The position numbers and the translations under genes are program-made. Below, one piece after another: positions 16,409-18,375 of a stretch of 18,375 nucleotides of DNA. The notes under the pieces were generated by a model, which saw only the letters and a program-made list of their open reading frames with translations, was not told the origin of the DNA and made no database searches. The stretch's first letter is position 1. Each line of letters opens with the position of its first letter. Location of the stretch: positions 1-18,375 of the forward strand of contig CAZUFC010000150.1 of the NCBI GenBank assembly GCA_964619725.1, given 5' to 3'. The stretch comes from an uncultured bacterium (lineage in GTDB: Bacteria; CSSED10-310; CAZUFC01).

Positions 16409-17863
16409 TCAGGCGTTTAATTTTTTACGGGCGAACAGGATTATGAGGAGTCCGAAAACTGCTGCGAGCAGCAAGGTTCCTTTTGGTCTGGAAGCGGGGA
16501 TGGGTTGCGGCGTCGGAGCGGGGGTCGGCGACTGCTGTGTTTTTATGATCCAGAAGGGATCGAAATAGTCGTCGTCTGCGCCTACGGCATTGCAGTGGAG
16601 GACGTTATCCGAACCTACGGATATTTCGAGGAAATGATTCCATAGAGCCCGGTGATTCGCCACGTAACCGGCGCTGTTGTCGGTGTAATATCCGACGGTA
16701 GGCGCGCCGGATGCGCCGGTAACCACGTATATCGTTCCTTCCGGGTCCGTGTATTCGCAGGGGTCCCAATCGGTTACGGTCGGATCGGAGGGATTATCTC
16801 CTCCGTAAAGCGGATAGGTTCTTTCATAGAAATGGTTGTGACCGCTGAACGCCAGGTCGACATGATATTGATCGAAGAGCGGAACGAAATAAGCCTGGAC
16901 GGAACCGCTGGGAGAATGAAAACCGGTGCCCCATCCTGAGGTATAAGGGGGTTTATGAAAATTGGCTATGATCCATTCGGCTGATTCTGAAGCGGCAGCC
17001 AGGTCTGATTCGAGCCAGGCGATCTGAGCGGGATCGGACGTTCGTTGAGTATCCAGGCATATGACGTGAATATTGGCGTAATCGAAAGAGTACCAGCGTT
17101 CGGTACCTGAACCTTCGGGCAGAGTAAACATACCCAGGTAATGTTCTGCGGGATCGTCGGATACGGTTTCATGATTGCCGATGCACGGCATTACGGGACA
17201 ACGACTGGTAATATTTTCGCATTTGTCGAACCAGTCGTGCCAGTAAGGTTGAGTTACTCCGTCATAAGTCATATCTCCGGAGAAAACGACAAAAGCCGGA
17301 ATATCGAAGGCCATTTTGTCCGTTATCGCGTTCCAGCCGTCCAGATTTCCCAAAGGCCAGGGAAGCCATTGCCTGGAATCGCCGCAGGCATAGAACCGGA
17401 TTTCACTCCAGGACCAGGGAGCAGCCCTGAAGGTCGCGTCCTGACTCCAGACCGTTCCCCCGTCTCCGCTCACCGAATAATGGTAAAGCGAGCCTGGAAT
17501 CAAACCCGTTAAAGTTGCGGTATGAATATACCCTGAAAAAGGCGATTCGTATCCCGTTCCTGTAACTGTTCCCAATTCGTAAGACGGCGTTCTGCCGTAT
17601 TTGACCTGGTTCGGATTGTCAGAGCTCTCCGTCGACCAGGTAACCGTCATCTGCGTCATACTTGAACCTGCAAAAGAAAGACGGATCATCGACGGCTCTT
17701 CAGAAAGCTCCCTCACCTGAGCCTCCATCAAATTCAGACGGGTCATGAAACCCGGAGGCAACGTGTAATAGACGTCTTTATCGTATTCAGCAAAGGCAGA
17801 AGACCAGGCAACAACAAGAGCAGCCAGAAAAAACAGGACTGATTTTATGCGCTTCCTTTTCAT
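16409..17863 (-). CDS. Purple acid phosphatase-family protein with FN3-like N-domain and IPTL-CTERM-like anchor
   Basis: Signal peptide; MTVTWST...VKYG...HTATLTGL.PG..YHY N-domain; GDSR, GDMTY, GNHE, FH, GHNH.YER motifs; tail PTPAPTPQP-IPAS-TM-RKK. Confidence 0.92.
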   Translation of the reverse strand: MKRKRIKSVLFFLAALVVAWSSAFAEYDKDVYYTLPPGFMTRLNLMEAQVRELSEEPSMIRLSFAGSSMTQMTVTWSTESSDNPNQVKYGRTPSYELGTVTGTGYESPFSGYIHTATLTGLIPGSLYHYSVSGDGGTVWSQDATFRAAPWSWSEIRFYACGDSRQWLPWPLGNLDGWNAITDKMAFDIPAFVVFSGDMTYDGVTQPYWHDWFDKCENITSRCPVMPCIGNHETVSDDPAEHYLGMFTLPEGSGTERWYSFDYANIHVICLDTQRTSDPAQIAWLESDLAAASESAEWIIANFHKPPYTSGWGTGFHSPSGSVQAYFVPLFDQYHVDLAFSGHNHFYERTYPLYGGDNPSDPTVTDWDPCEYTDPEGTIYVVTGASGAPTVGYYTDNSAGYVANHRALWNHFLEISVGSDNVLHCNAVGADDDYFDPFWIIKTQQSPTPAPTPQPIPASRPKGTLLLAAVFGLLIILFARKKLNA

Positions 17864-17869
17864 AACTTA

Positions 17870-17899
17870 ATAATATCTGAAATGTCACCGGACAGTCAA
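17870..17899 (-). promoter_or_regulatory. Putative sigma70 promoter yielding a leaderless mRNA
   Basis: Minus strand TTGACT-N18-TATTAT-N6-ATG (17863); no SD. Confidence 0.55.
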
Positions 17900-17995
17900 A
17901 ATCTTCGGTACCGATCGCAAATAGTTCATTTGAGGTTCTACTTATTCCGAATTTATGCGCTGATCAGATGGACGCGTTTCGAGGTCAAATTTTTT

Positions 17996-18315
17996 GGGAC
18001 TGATCAAACCGGGGTTGCACTTTATGATACAACGCTTGAATGATTGAAATCCCCTGTTTTTTTTTTCATCGAGCGCCTTTCCTTTAGGAGTCGGGGTCAA
18101 TATCGGGATCGGGATATAAACAAAATATTTCGGCATTGATCAAAAAAGCCTCTTTTGAGGTTACAATGCGACAGAATCGTCTGTCATTTTGTTTCGATTT
18201 CGATCACGATTGCGAATCCGATGCCTATACCGATTACGATACCGATACCGATTGCGATGTCGACATAAATTGTCAAAAGTTTTGAAAGAATTGTAACCCC
18301 GGCTTGATCAGTCCC
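17996..18315. mobile_element. 320-bp non-autonomous MITE/foldback-like element, copy E of the GGGACTGATCAAA family
   Basis: Terminal inverted repeats GGGACTGATCAAACCGGGGTTGCA / GGGACTGATCAAGCCGGGGTTACA (22/24); internal inverted hexamer arrays; no credible ORF; no target-site duplication seen. Confidence 0.8.
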
Positions 18316-18375
18316 TAAAATGGCGCTGATCAAATGGGGGTACAAATTGACGAGACACGAGAACAAATTATAGTT

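Noticed and set aside
2494-18315. Repeat family as a CRISPR array or integron attC sites
   Set aside because: No regular repeat-spacer period and no cas or intI gene; the intervening genes lie on both strands and include housekeeping tyrS; no attC-type GTTRRRY/RYYYAAC ends recognised.
17985-18325. Target-site duplication around copy E
   Set aside because: The immediate flanks (…AAATTTTTT / TAAAAT…) are not direct repeats.

Overview
An 18.4-kb chromosomal segment of a probably diderm bacterium (it encodes an Omp85-type outer-membrane barrel and a lipoprotein). There are 12 credible genes: an ECF sigma/zinc-binding anti-sigma pair, a secreted alpha-helical protein, tyrS, a membrane-anchored sulfatase-like protein with Thr at the nucleophile position, a GT-C-like polytopic membrane protein, an orphan anti-sigma plus two DUF4252-like proteins behind an ECF-type promoter, a POTRA-less Omp85-like barrel, and two convergent exported metallophosphoesterases with Pro/Thr linkers and different C-terminal modules. 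The most striking signal is non-coding. One diverged, modular, MITE/foldback-like repeat family (terminus GGGACTGATCAAACCGGGGTT, with internal inverted ATCGGG/CCCGAT hexamer arrays) occurs at six intergenic loci, alongside several unrelated palindromic and 9-mer repeats. Other candidates are an sRNA with an anti-Shine-Dalgarno loop, a 41-codon ORF in the slot where a sigma gene is expected, a leaderless phosphatase mRNA, and an unassigned C-terminal domain that may be a sorting signal. All family assignments come from motif recognition by eye; no database searches were run.
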